Shown here: one piece after another, positions 55,632 to 63,024 of the stretch | Layout of the letters: each line of letters opens with the position of its first letter | Position numbering within the stretch: position 1 is the stretch's first letter | Origin: a virus | Lineage: Duplodnaviria; Caudoviricetes | Virus record (IMG/VR): IMGVR_UViG_3300045120_000291 | Span: 1-63,024 of that record | DNA: 63,024 nt | Direction: 5' to 3' (one strand) | Notes under the pieces: generated by a model | The model's database searches: none | Told to the model about the DNA's origin: nothing | The model's input: the letters and a program-made list of their open reading frames with translations, nothing else | Translations under genes and position numbers: made by a program

Positions 55632-55849
55632 TCAAGCATCACCGGAGAATAGGTGAGCACTCGCCCGTTGAGAGCAACGATCTGCACAACGGGTTGATAA
55701 GAAATGCCGAGCGCATGACCGATTCGGTAGGTGAGGAAGTTCGGCCAGATAGTGGTCTGGCTTCGCACTATCGGCTTCTGCGCATCAGCAATCTTGGTCT
55801 TGTTGTCCTGCGCAAACTTGGCGACAGGGTTGACTGCGTCACCGCTCAC
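55628..55849 (-). CDS. Hypothetical protein
   Basis: GTGA overlap with thyX; GGAGG SD. Confidence 0.55.
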   Translation of the reverse strand: MSGDAVNPVAKFAQDNKTKIADAQKPIVRSQTTIWPNFLTYRIGHALGISYQPVVQIVALNGRVLTYSPVMLD

Positions 55850-56580
55850 GGCTGCCTCCGGAACTCGTCATACAACGCCATGGAGTGAGGCAGAACCTGC
55901 CGAATGAGCTCGGAGATGGCCTTCGCGTACATCTGAGCCTCGATCTGCGCGTGACTGTGGTCACGTAGAGACAAGAAGTGCATCAGGTTGTGCAAGTTCT
56001 GTTTCCAAAGCCAATGCGTGTAATGGTTCAAGGAGAGGAACATGCGGGCATGTTCAGGCGCTACACCATTGCTTATGGCGTGGAGATAGTATTCGTATCC
56101 TTGACGGCAATGCGCTTCAAGGTCACGTTTGAAAAGGTCTTGGGTAGAGCGTGAAAGATTGTCAGCCTGCCCCTGCTTCGCGTTCGGCGCTTTACCGCCA
56201 ACGACTTCAGGGATGTACCATTCGTCAGGCAGAGTGACGTAGCGGCCGGAGACTTCGTTGAGCGACACGGTGCGATGACGCACGAACTGTCGAGCAACGA
56301 AGATTGGAAGCTTCATTTCCAGCCACACCTCGATCATTTCGAACGGGCTGGTATGCCTGTTCTTCATCAGATACTTGGCGAGCTTGTAGTCTTCCGTTTC
56401 GGTGCGCGTGGCGTCCATTTGGTTGAAGGACATGCGCGCGGCTTGCGCAGGGTCGACGTCGTCAGCATCGAAGAACTTCGTCTGCGTGTTGTTCACAAAG
56501 AACGGTTGACGCCTGGTTGGACCAGAAATGTTGCGAAGCGTCACAAACCCATGATCAAGCACTTTGACTTCAAACTGCAT
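55846..56580 (-). CDS. thyX: Flavin-dependent thymidylate synthase
   Basis: VLDHGFV, AARMS, H.SPFE, PIFVARQ..RHR..S.NE.S.RY, HAQ.E; AAGGAG SD. Confidence 0.95.
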   Translation of the reverse strand: MQFEVKVLDHGFVTLRNISGPTRRQPFFVNNTQTKFFDADDVDPAQAARMSFNQMDATRTETEDYKLAKYLMKNRHTSPFEMIEVWLEMKLPIFVARQFVRHRTVSLNEVSGRYVTLPDEWYIPEVVGGKAPNAKQGQADNLSRSTQDLFKRDLEAHCRQGYEYYLHAISNGVAPEHARMFLSLNHYTHWLWKQNLHNLMHFLSLRDHSHAQIEAQMYAKAISELIRQVLPHSMALYDEFRRQP

Positions 56581-57070
56581 TTGGAACTCCTTGAAGTTCG
56601 TTGGTGATTTTGGCAGCGATTTTCTTGCTGCGAGCAAGACGCATCTGCGCCTTCGCAGTTCGATCGCAAAGTCGATTAGCCGCGTAACGAGGCTCGTCAA
56701 TACTGGTATGCCCGCGCACGTGGCGGAATGTGACGTGCAGGCCATTCTCCTGCACAGTTCTGAGGTAATATGCAAGAACTGATCGTTCTTGAGCAGTAAC
56801 CGCCTTCTGCAGACCTTTCATCTTGTCCATGGCGCTGAGACAGTCACTTTGGATAAGCAATTGATCTGACCTTTGAATTAGCGCTGCTTCAATGCCTTTC
56901 CAGATTGCATTACAGATTGCCATCATCTCGGCGGTGTTGTTGTTTTCCACCTCATCAACGATGTTCCCGGCGCCTCCCAGCTTACCGCGCTGGGAGGCAA
57001 TCCAGAAGCCATAACCTGCGACGCGATGACGATCGCAGTACGATGCATCGCAGATCATGGTGATACGCAT
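56570..57070 (-). CDS. Ribonuclease H
   Basis: CDASY, NNTAEM.A, QSDC, RHVRGH and N..CD..AK motifs. Confidence 0.9.
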   Translation of the reverse strand: MRITMICDASYCDRHRVAGYGFWIASQRGKLGGAGNIVDEVENNNTAEMMAICNAIWKGIEAALIQRSDQLLIQSDCLSAMDKMKGLQKAVTAQERSVLAYYLRTVQENGLHVTFRHVRGHTSIDEPRYAANRLCDRTAKAQMRLARSKKIAAKITNELQGVPNAV

Positions 57071-57489
57071 CAGGCGCTTCTACGCTTCGGCATCATGATT
57101 TCCAACGCCGGCGCGCCGTCCTTGATGACCAACGCCTGATCGAAGATCAGCATCTGCTCGGCCGTCAGGGTGCGGTATTCGCCGACCTTCAGTTCCGGCT
57201 TGTAGCGGATCAGCTCGTCCACGTTAATGCCAGCGTCACGGAACTGCTCGCGCAACGTAGCAAGAGCGGCGGCGTCCACGTCACGATTGATCGTGCGCTT
57301 GCCTTTGAGAACGAAGCCGTCAGGCAAATCGACGCTATTCGTTCCTTCCTTGGGATCAACAAATTTGCCTTTGAAGATCTTCAGACGCAAGAGCATCTCC
57401 TGCCCTTTCAACGCCTTGATCTGCTTGTCCATCTCGTACCACAGCTCCAGATCTTTCTGGGTGACCGTGTTGTCAGGAATCTCTGTCAT
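57070..57489 (-). CDS. Conserved phage protein
   Basis: GAGGAG SD; P.EGTN...L.DG..LK, L...KPEL...YR.L. Confidence 0.7.
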   Translation of the reverse strand: MTEIPDNTVTQKDLELWYEMDKQIKALKGQEMLLRLKIFKGKFVDPKEGTNSVDLPDGFVLKGKRTINRDVDAAALATLREQFRDAGINVDELIRYKPELKVGEYRTLTAEQMLIFDQALVIKDGAPALEIMMPKRRSA

Positions 57490-57525
57490 TTCAACTCTCC
57501 TCGGGTTGTGGGGTGCTGCAAGTAA

Positions 57526-57554
57526 AGCATAACAGGAGACTTTGTAGAATGCAA
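57526..57554 (-). promoter_or_regulatory. Sigma70-type promoter
   Basis: TTGCAT-N17-TATGCT. Confidence 0.6.
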
Positions 57555-57565
57555 CGACTGTTTAT

Positions 57566-57823
57566 TTAATCATCTAAGTCGCCGTGATATCGATTTTCTG
57601 CATCTGCGCGGAAGTCAAGTTCGTCCAGACCATCGTCTTCATCCATGTCGTCCCTCTGCGCGCACAAGTATTGATCGCGCGTGATTCCCCCGTGCCCCTG
57701 GACATTGTTGAATGCCCAGACTATGTAACCAGGCTCCTCGTCACAGATTTCCTCGATCACCCGTCCTTTGAACTTACCAAACGTGAAAACTGGCTTTTGA
57801 TTGTTTTCCGGAATTTGCGCCAT
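57566..57823 (-). CDS. Small protein with exonuclease-X C-terminal/DUF3820-like motif
   Basis: FTFGKFKG..I..I....PGYI.W; acidic tail. Confidence 0.7.
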   Translation of the reverse strand: MAQIPENNQKPVFTFGKFKGRVIEEICDEEPGYIVWAFNNVQGHGGITRDQYLCAQRDDMDEDDGLDELDFRADAENRYHGDLDD

Positions 57824-57999
57824 TTTCGATTACTCCTATGCCAGTCGTAAGCTAGAACACAGAGGGAGTAGAGAAGGAACGCCCCGCCAAGTAAGCATGA
57901 CCACAAGGGCCACCCTCGGAGATACAGAATGATTCCCAGTCCTAGAAAGGCGGTGTCAACTGCAAGACCGATTGCCACTTGGCGGGGCGTTAGAAACAT
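57757..57999 (-). CDS. Two-TM membrane protein
   Basis: Two hydrophobic helices; TGATG overlap. Confidence 0.55.
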   Translation of the reverse strand: MFLTPRQVAIGLAVDTAFLGLGIILYLRGWPLWSCLLGGAFLLYSLCVLAYDWHRSNRKWRKFRKTIKSQFSRLVSSKDG

Positions 58000-58436
58000 C
58001 AGAAACCCTTACCGCCTTCCTTGGCGCGATTCTCAGGCTTGTGGTCAGCTCGATGCTGGTTATAGACTAGCTTCTGCATCACTGCGCCGGCGAGATCCAG
58101 GTCACGCGCACCAGCAAGATCGAAGATGCGAATCAGCGCGTCAGCCAACTCAACTTCTTCTGCGCGGCGTTCCGGCAGGTGATCGTCCATCTTGCTCTTG
58201 CGACCGCCTTCCATCGCTTCGCTGATTTCGCTGTGGATCAGAGCGATCTTGGTGCCGAAGACGTGTTTATCCATCGGGTCCAGCCCTTCCCACCATCCTG
58301 ACTTACGGGACAGCAGATGGCAGAGCAGTTGTGCGTCCTCCAGGCCTTTAGCGGCGCTGAGGAGAACATTGATATTCATCCCCATCCCATGCAGGGAGTT
58401 GATGTCATTGTGGACTTGGTCGCTATTCAGTTCCAT
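57999..58436 (-). CDS. MazG-like nucleotide pyrophosphohydrolase
   Basis: LIHSEISEAMEG and EEVELAD..IRIFD motifs. Confidence 0.85.
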   Translation of the reverse strand: MELNSDQVHNDINSLHGMGMNINVLLSAAKGLEDAQLLCHLLSRKSGWWEGLDPMDKHVFGTKIALIHSEISEAMEGGRKSKMDDHLPERRAEEVELADALIRIFDLAGARDLDLAGAVMQKLVYNQHRADHKPENRAKEGGKGF

Positions 58437-58443
58437 GGACGCC

Positions 58444-58653
58444 TCAGCTATTGTAACGGGAAGGGATAACCTCAACCTCGAGGTCGAAGTTTTTGATAGT
58501 CGGGTGGATCTTGCACATCTGACGTTTCACGAACTTCTTGGCTTTTGTTCTCGAATACTTCTTGGTGTTGAACTGTGCAAGATATAGAACCTCGGAATAC
58601 ACGTTGCCCAGAGGGCTAAGGGACTCAATTGTTGCGGAGACGTTGAAGTTCAT
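58444..58653 (-). CDS. Hypothetical protein
   Basis: AGGTG SD; fills the gap in the operon. Confidence 0.55.
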   Translation of the reverse strand: MNFNVSATIESLSPLGNVYSEVLYLAQFNTKKYSRTKAKKFVKRQMCKIHPTIKNFDLEVEVIPSRYNS

Positions 58654-58711
58654 AGGCTCACCTGCTGCGGGTGCTTATAGGTTAAGGGTAACGGGTTCGG
58701 ATTGCAAAGAG

Positions 58712-61129
58712 TTAATTGGGTTTCTTTTTGTTTTTGGAATAATCTGGGATATGGAGAATACGGAAGCATCGACTATGAAATTGGAACTTTTCCGCAATCT
58801 TGACTTTGTCTACTTCAATAATGTATCCGCTATCACATAGGGACTTTATTGCCAAGTCCATTGCGACTGTGGCACCGCTACGATGTCCAGAGAAGATAGG
58901 CATTCTTGCCACCCGCTGCTGGATGTATTTGCGCGGAATGATTATATTGGTGCGCAAAGAGTCCGGACAGTTGTAGCCTGCAGGAACCGGAGTGTCCAGG
59001 TATTCCCTGATCATCAGAGCGAGCTTGCGTTCACGCGTGTCATCGTCGCTACCGACGTCTCCGCTTTCAATACGTCGGCTCATGATAGCGATGTCGCGCC
59101 TGACTACATCTAGCGCCCATGTGGTGTGGTGGATATGAATCAATGGGTTCAGATGGTTGTCTGCGGTAGCAATCAGCGCCGCGATGCGCATCATTTTGAG
59201 CGAAGCGCGGTTCCACATCTGACGCCACATCTCATCGGTGCTACTATTAATCTCTGCATCGCATTCCAATTCGAATTGGTGAATGACTTCAGCAGCGTCC
59301 GCAGTGCGGTCGACATGCACCGTTTCCTGGCGGTCGATCAATGTCATTGCGTAGGTGCAGATGTCTGCGACCAGATCCCCTAGTGCCTTGTTCGGTTCGC
59401 GCAGAGGGGCAGTGTTCAAAGGCGGACGTTCTCCATTATATTCAATCATACTGAAGCGCGAAAGGAACCCGTCTTCCATCATGCCTTGTGTAAGCGCCTG
59501 ATAGAATGTATCAGGCGTAGACTCTCCGATCATGCTGTATGCAACACCAGAGACGCTTCCAATGTTGGAATTGACATTTGAGTAAGAGATGCCGCCGACG
59601 ATGCTCTGTGGTCCAGACTTCTGGTACAGGTTTGTCATCACCGTGCGCAGCGCCTGCATCGGCGTATCGCGCCCATCTTCGTTTGCCATGCGCTTCAGCT
59701 TCTTACCCCATTCGCCTGCCACATTGACGAATGACGGGTTAGCTGCGACTGCTTTTGATAGTGCAGGGCCAGAAGCAAAGTCATTGAAGTCCACAAAGCG
59801 CATCACTGGAGGTTGTCGACTTGCGGCTGCGGTAATCAAGGCAGCGATGCCACTGTGCATGGCTTCCTTACCGATCGCAGACCGTGCGATTAGGACCATA
59901 TACAGATTCAGGCCTGACTGTGGAATGCAGAATGCTTTACCACAGACTCCCGCTAGGAACCCGATAGCTGCGACAATGGCAACTTCTTTGACTGGTCGCG
60001 GTGCAGACTGATAAATAAACTGCGCAATCTGACCCGCCACGCCAGGAGGCCACGGTAGTCCTCCGCTTTGTGCGGCCGTAGGGGGCGGCGCAGGCCCGAG
60101 CGTAGCGAACCCGGCCGCTGGTGGCGGCGCTGTGACTTCTACGCCTGGGGGCCCAGGTACATGCAACAAAGTAGCATCTTGGCCGGTGCGCGGTATGTGC
60201 TGCGCCGAAACTGCGATAGCACTAGCGTCGACCTTTTCTACGCCTGCTTGACGTGTACGAATAGTCCGCAGAGTAAAGTCCAGGTAACGATCGTCTTGTG
60301 TCGCTTTATCTCGCTTACCGAGACCGCTCATTCTAAACAATCGGCGACACTGTGTATTTGATTTGCTGTAGAACGTGAACATGGACAGCAGCGCTAGGTC
60401 TGCTTCGGATTGTGACTTATATCCAAGTTCGGTATAGGTGCCATGTACGTCGCCTTCCTTAGACGTACATCTGCAGAGGGCATTAAACTTGTCCGCATTG
60501 CTAGCAGACATGGCGCGTTCGATTAATTCAGAATCAGTAAGGTCGTCGTCAACCTCTACCAATTCAACCTTCTCGCTAGGTGCAGCCGAACCTCGAATTT
60601 CAGTAGCGAGAATGTCAAGCAGTTCTTGCTTGTCCGACAGCGGGCCCATCATAAGCACGTTACCCGTGCAGATAATGAATCGCTCTTGCGAATAGATTTC
60701 TACGCCGTCTCGACGCAGACCAGGACCAATCTTACCCCTGACCCAGATGTGCAAGCCCTTACCAGATTTAGAATACTCAACGTAAGAGTTGAATGCCTGG
60801 CAGATGCGCCACTGGCGGTTGAACTGCTCTTGTGTCGTCCACTTCTTGGGATCAGGTTCGTTGCTGGCGTCCTTGACATCAATGTCAATGCAGGTAAAGT
60901 CATCTTCTTCGGTCAATACATAGCCAACGTCCCCGTTACACTTTCGCGCTTCGGTGCATGCTTGATCGAAGGTAAGCCACTCTGACGGCGACGTCACGCT
61001 AGCGAAATGGTTCCCTGTCCATCGAGGCGCTTTGTTGTGCCTCGCATCACTACTTGGACAGGTGTAACACCATTGCGGGCGTTGTCGAAGCTCAAGTGGA
61101 ATATGAGCCCAACTGTGCCCAGGTGTCAT
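58712..61129 (-). CDS. Primase-polymerase (AEP) fused to a helicase-like (DUF3987-type) domain
   Basis: IP.EL...PQW, CIDID, E.S.SGKGLHI, EIYS..RF, SQSEAD; ARSAIGKE P-loop variant, DGFLSRF. Confidence 0.85.
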   Translation of the reverse strand: MTPGHSWAHIPLELRQRPQWCYTCPSSDARHNKAPRWTGNHFASVTSPSEWLTFDQACTEARKCNGDVGYVLTEEDDFTCIDIDVKDASNEPDPKKWTTQEQFNRQWRICQAFNSYVEYSKSGKGLHIWVRGKIGPGLRRDGVEIYSQERFIICTGNVLMMGPLSDKQELLDILATEIRGSAAPSEKVELVEVDDDLTDSELIERAMSASNADKFNALCRCTSKEGDVHGTYTELGYKSQSEADLALLSMFTFYSKSNTQCRRLFRMSGLGKRDKATQDDRYLDFTLRTIRTRQAGVEKVDASAIAVSAQHIPRTGQDATLLHVPGPPGVEVTAPPPAAGFATLGPAPPPTAAQSGGLPWPPGVAGQIAQFIYQSAPRPVKEVAIVAAIGFLAGVCGKAFCIPQSGLNLYMVLIARSAIGKEAMHSGIAALITAAASRQPPVMRFVDFNDFASGPALSKAVAANPSFVNVAGEWGKKLKRMANEDGRDTPMQALRTVMTNLYQKSGPQSIVGGISYSNVNSNIGSVSGVAYSMIGESTPDTFYQALTQGMMEDGFLSRFSMIEYNGERPPLNTAPLREPNKALGDLVADICTYAMTLIDRQETVHVDRTADAAEVIHQFELECDAEINSSTDEMWRQMWNRASLKMMRIAALIATADNHLNPLIHIHHTTWALDVVRRDIAIMSRRIESGDVGSDDDTRERKLALMIREYLDTPVPAGYNCPDSLRTNIIIPRKYIQQRVARMPIFSGHRSGATVAMDLAIKSLCDSGYIIEVDKVKIAEKFQFHSRCFRILHIPDYSKNKKKPN

Positions 61130-61368
61130 TCGCTAGGTCCTCTCTTGGCGAGAAGCTGTGTACGCCATTGATCTATAAAGGGTTTTACCTTGTCACGTTC
61201 CCACAACACGAGCTGTTGACCGGTGACAATGATCGCGTCAGGAAGCAGGCCCGCCTTTCGACGGAAGTGGATAGCAGGCCTTGTAACTTCAAGCTCTTGG
61301 CATATTTCAGACGAGGTGATGTACGCCTCGTTGAAACGCTCCTGAGCACTTACATTCGGGGTATCCAT
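61126..61368 (-). CDS. AlpA/excisionase-like HTH protein
   Basis: YITSSEIC..L.V.R..I......G.LP....LW.R..V. Confidence 0.7.
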   Translation of the reverse strand: MDTPNVSAQERFNEAYITSSEICQELEVTRPAIHFRRKAGLLPDAIIVTGQQLVLWERDKVKPFIDQWRTQLLAKRGPSE

Positions 61369-61428
61369 ATACTTCCTGACAGGCGATCGGTTTGGTGCGC
61401 TGCATAGCATAGCGCAACGGGGTAAGTG

Positions 61429-62181
61429 TCACAACGGATGTTGCACTCGGTTCTTCTTTTCAAATTGATAACGCAACCTGAACTCCATCACATAGGCGTC
61501 CCACTCCTTGATCGCCTTGTTCCTCTGTGCAACTGCGGTCTTCCAAGCCACGCGCGCATTCTCGACGCGTTCTGCTTGTTCGTTCAACACAGGAGGTGGC
61601 GGAGTCCAGCCTGGTTTCGCTTCCTCAACCTTCTGTTCTTCTTCCGCTTTGCGCATTGCTGCGGTCTGTTCGTCCTCTTCGGACCAGAACCGACACAACT
61701 GGATACTGTGGTCAAGCGCGTCCCGGAAGTTAAGCACAGGACGGTTGAGAAAGGTCGAATAATGCGAACCTTCCAACATGCTACGCATGCGATCGTCTTC
61801 GAACGGATCGAAGCGACCTGTAATCATTTCGAAAGTAGCCGACCTCGTGATCGCTGCATCACGTTCTTCCGCATCGTATGTCTTATCAAACAACGACAAC
61901 GGAGTTTCGCGTTGCGGGATAACGACTCCAGGCGGTGGAACGGGGCTTGCCGCAACAGTAGGGCCAGCCGAAGGGTACAGGTTACCGGCTGCGCGCCAGT
62001 CCGAGTCAGCGGGTTCTTTGTAGTCCCATCCAACCCCCTGGAATTCCCGAGCAAGAAGCTCTGCAGCGTTGAAATTCTCATCGTCATACGACGAAAACTC
62101 CAATTCCGCATCGCTGACTGGACCAGCTTCAAAGCCGGCTTTGCCAAAGAACTCCAGGAGGTTAGGTTTCTTAGTCATCAC
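61429..62181 (-). CDS. Hypothetical protein
   Basis: 250-aa ORF with a coiled-coil C-terminus. Confidence 0.65.
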   Translation of the reverse strand: MMTKKPNLLEFFGKAGFEAGPVSDAELEFSSYDDENFNAAELLAREFQGVGWDYKEPADSDWRAAGNLYPSAGPTVAASPVPPPGVVIPQRETPLSLFDKTYDAEERDAAITRSATFEMITGRFDPFEDDRMRSMLEGSHYSTFLNRPVLNFRDALDHSIQLCRFWSEEDEQTAAMRKAEEEQKVEEAKPGWTPPPPVLNEQAERVENARVAWKTAVAQRNKAIKEWDAYVMEFRLRYQFEKKNRVQHPL

Positions 62182-62366
62182 CAGCTCATTGCAGGTTCAG
62201 CCCAGCGCACGATGTCGAGCGCTTGCTGGTAGGGTAAGACAGGACCGACTTCGCCATTGGCGGTCAATAAGGATTGGGCACGGGCGATCACTACTGCTTC
62301 CATCGGGTCTGGATTGGCAGTGATTGTATCTTTGATAAGCGGATCTATCTGTAGACAAGCGTTCAT
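62178..62366 (-). CDS. Hypothetical protein
   Basis: AAGGAG SD, directly after a promoter. Confidence 0.6.
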   Translation of the reverse strand: MNACLQIDPLIKDTITANPDPMEAVVIARAQSLLTANGEVGPVLPYQQALDIVRWAEPAMSW

Positions 62367-62391
62367 AGCAGACTCCTTGTGTTACGGGTAC

Positions 62392-62420
62392 AGCATAGCG
62401 CATGCTTAATTGATTTGCAA
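62392..62420 (-). promoter_or_regulatory. Sigma70-type promoter
   Basis: TTGCAA-N17-TATGCT. Confidence 0.65.
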
Positions 62421-62427
62421 CACCTGT

Positions 62428-62679
62428 TTAATAGATGAAACCCCACGCCTCGAGAAATTTTTCATCAGAAAGCGTGAGACTTGTAGTGAGTTCGATATTC
62501 AATCCTCTTGTGAGCATGTCGCGCAAAGCAGCAACACGCTCTTCAATTGGATTTTCTTGGTCAGACACGAACTTGTCAACTCTAGCAATCTTGACTTGAT
62601 TGCCAGAAAAGCCTGGAAGTGGAGGCACATCCTTTTTGTACTCGAATTTGAGTATTTCTTCGAGTGTCAGTCTATTCAC
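62428..62679 (-). CDS. Hypothetical protein
   Basis: GTGA overlap; GGAG SD. Confidence 0.55.
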   Translation of the reverse strand: MNRLTLEEILKFEYKKDVPPLPGFSGNQVKIARVDKFVSDQENPIEERVAALRDMLTRGLNIELTTSLTLSDEKFLEAWGFIY

Positions 62680-62978
62680 TTCCTCTCCCCTTGTGGGTGC
62701 AATGCTGCAGACAGGGCGGCGTGCAATGCTGCTTCGTGGTTCTGTCCGTCGAATACGTCCTGATAGGCGTCTCGGGCATCGTCCATCAGGTCGTCTAATT
62801 TTATTGCTGCTAGCATGTAAGCTGGATCAATCGTCGGCGAGTTTTCAATCAGCACATGCCTGACGACGCCGACCATGTTTCCGAACCCAAACCAGTTCGC
62901 CGCCTTGGTTACTCTTGCCGCAAACTCTCCCGGTGACTCAACAAACGGCCATTGCTTCACCGCCTCACTAACCGTCAC
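62676..62978 (-). CDS. Hypothetical protein (start uncertain near the edge)
   Basis: ORF with WPFVESPGEF..R; overlaps the next gene. Confidence 0.5.
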   Translation of the reverse strand: MTVSEAVKQWPFVESPGEFAARVTKAANWFGFGNMVGVVRHVLIENSPTIDPAYMLAAIKLDDLMDDARDAYQDVFDGQNHEAALHAALSAALHPQGERK

Positions 62979-63024
62979 CGCAGAGGTCGGGGGGGGGGGG
63001 GGGGGGTGGTATTGGTATTGAGGT

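Noticed and set aside
61126-61368. AlpA/excisionase-like gene as a sign of temperate lifestyle
   Set aside because: No integrase, repressor or att site was recognised.
62989-63006. Run of 18 G near the right end
   Set aside because: It lies at the contig edge and is typical of a sequencing or assembly artefact. It does not convincingly join the partial ORF at position 1, so circularity is not claimed.

Overview
The window is an apparently near-complete ~63 kb genome of a lytic, Gram-negative-infecting siphovirus. Its architecture resembles the Queuovirinae (9g/CAjan/NP1-type) phages. No integrase, repressor, tRNA or CRISPR was recognised. Layout: (i) leftward small early genes (1-3535); (ii) a ~1.5 kb control region (3540-5050) holding sigma70-type promoters, an AT-rich tract, 22-bp-phased repeats, palindromes, five DnaA boxes and two unannotated micro-ORFs; (iii) rightward accessory genes (SLOG, nucleoside deoxyribosyltransferase-like, lipoprotein, TIGR03032-like, Holliday junction resolvase); (iv) a lysis cassette that starts with a membrane-anchored PAS-domain protein, followed by a SAR endolysin, holin and Rz/Rz1 spanins; (v) terminase, portal, scaffold, capsid, an LRR-bearing 803-aa insertion and a long-tail module with a -1 frameshifted chaperone; (vi) a leftward replication/modification arm with PolB, beta-clamp, dpdA-folE-queD-gat/queC-queE (7-deazaguanine, probably deoxyarchaeosine, DNA modification), two helicases, Cas4-like nuclease, SSB, Sak4-like ATPase, ligase, ThyX, RNase H, MazG-like protein and primase-helicase. 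The strongest candidate for an undescribed system is the PAS-sensor lysis cassette. Also notable are the DnaA-box array, GA/TC-free islands over early promoters, and a CTG-initiated dpdA. All family calls come from motif recognition by eye; no database searches were run.
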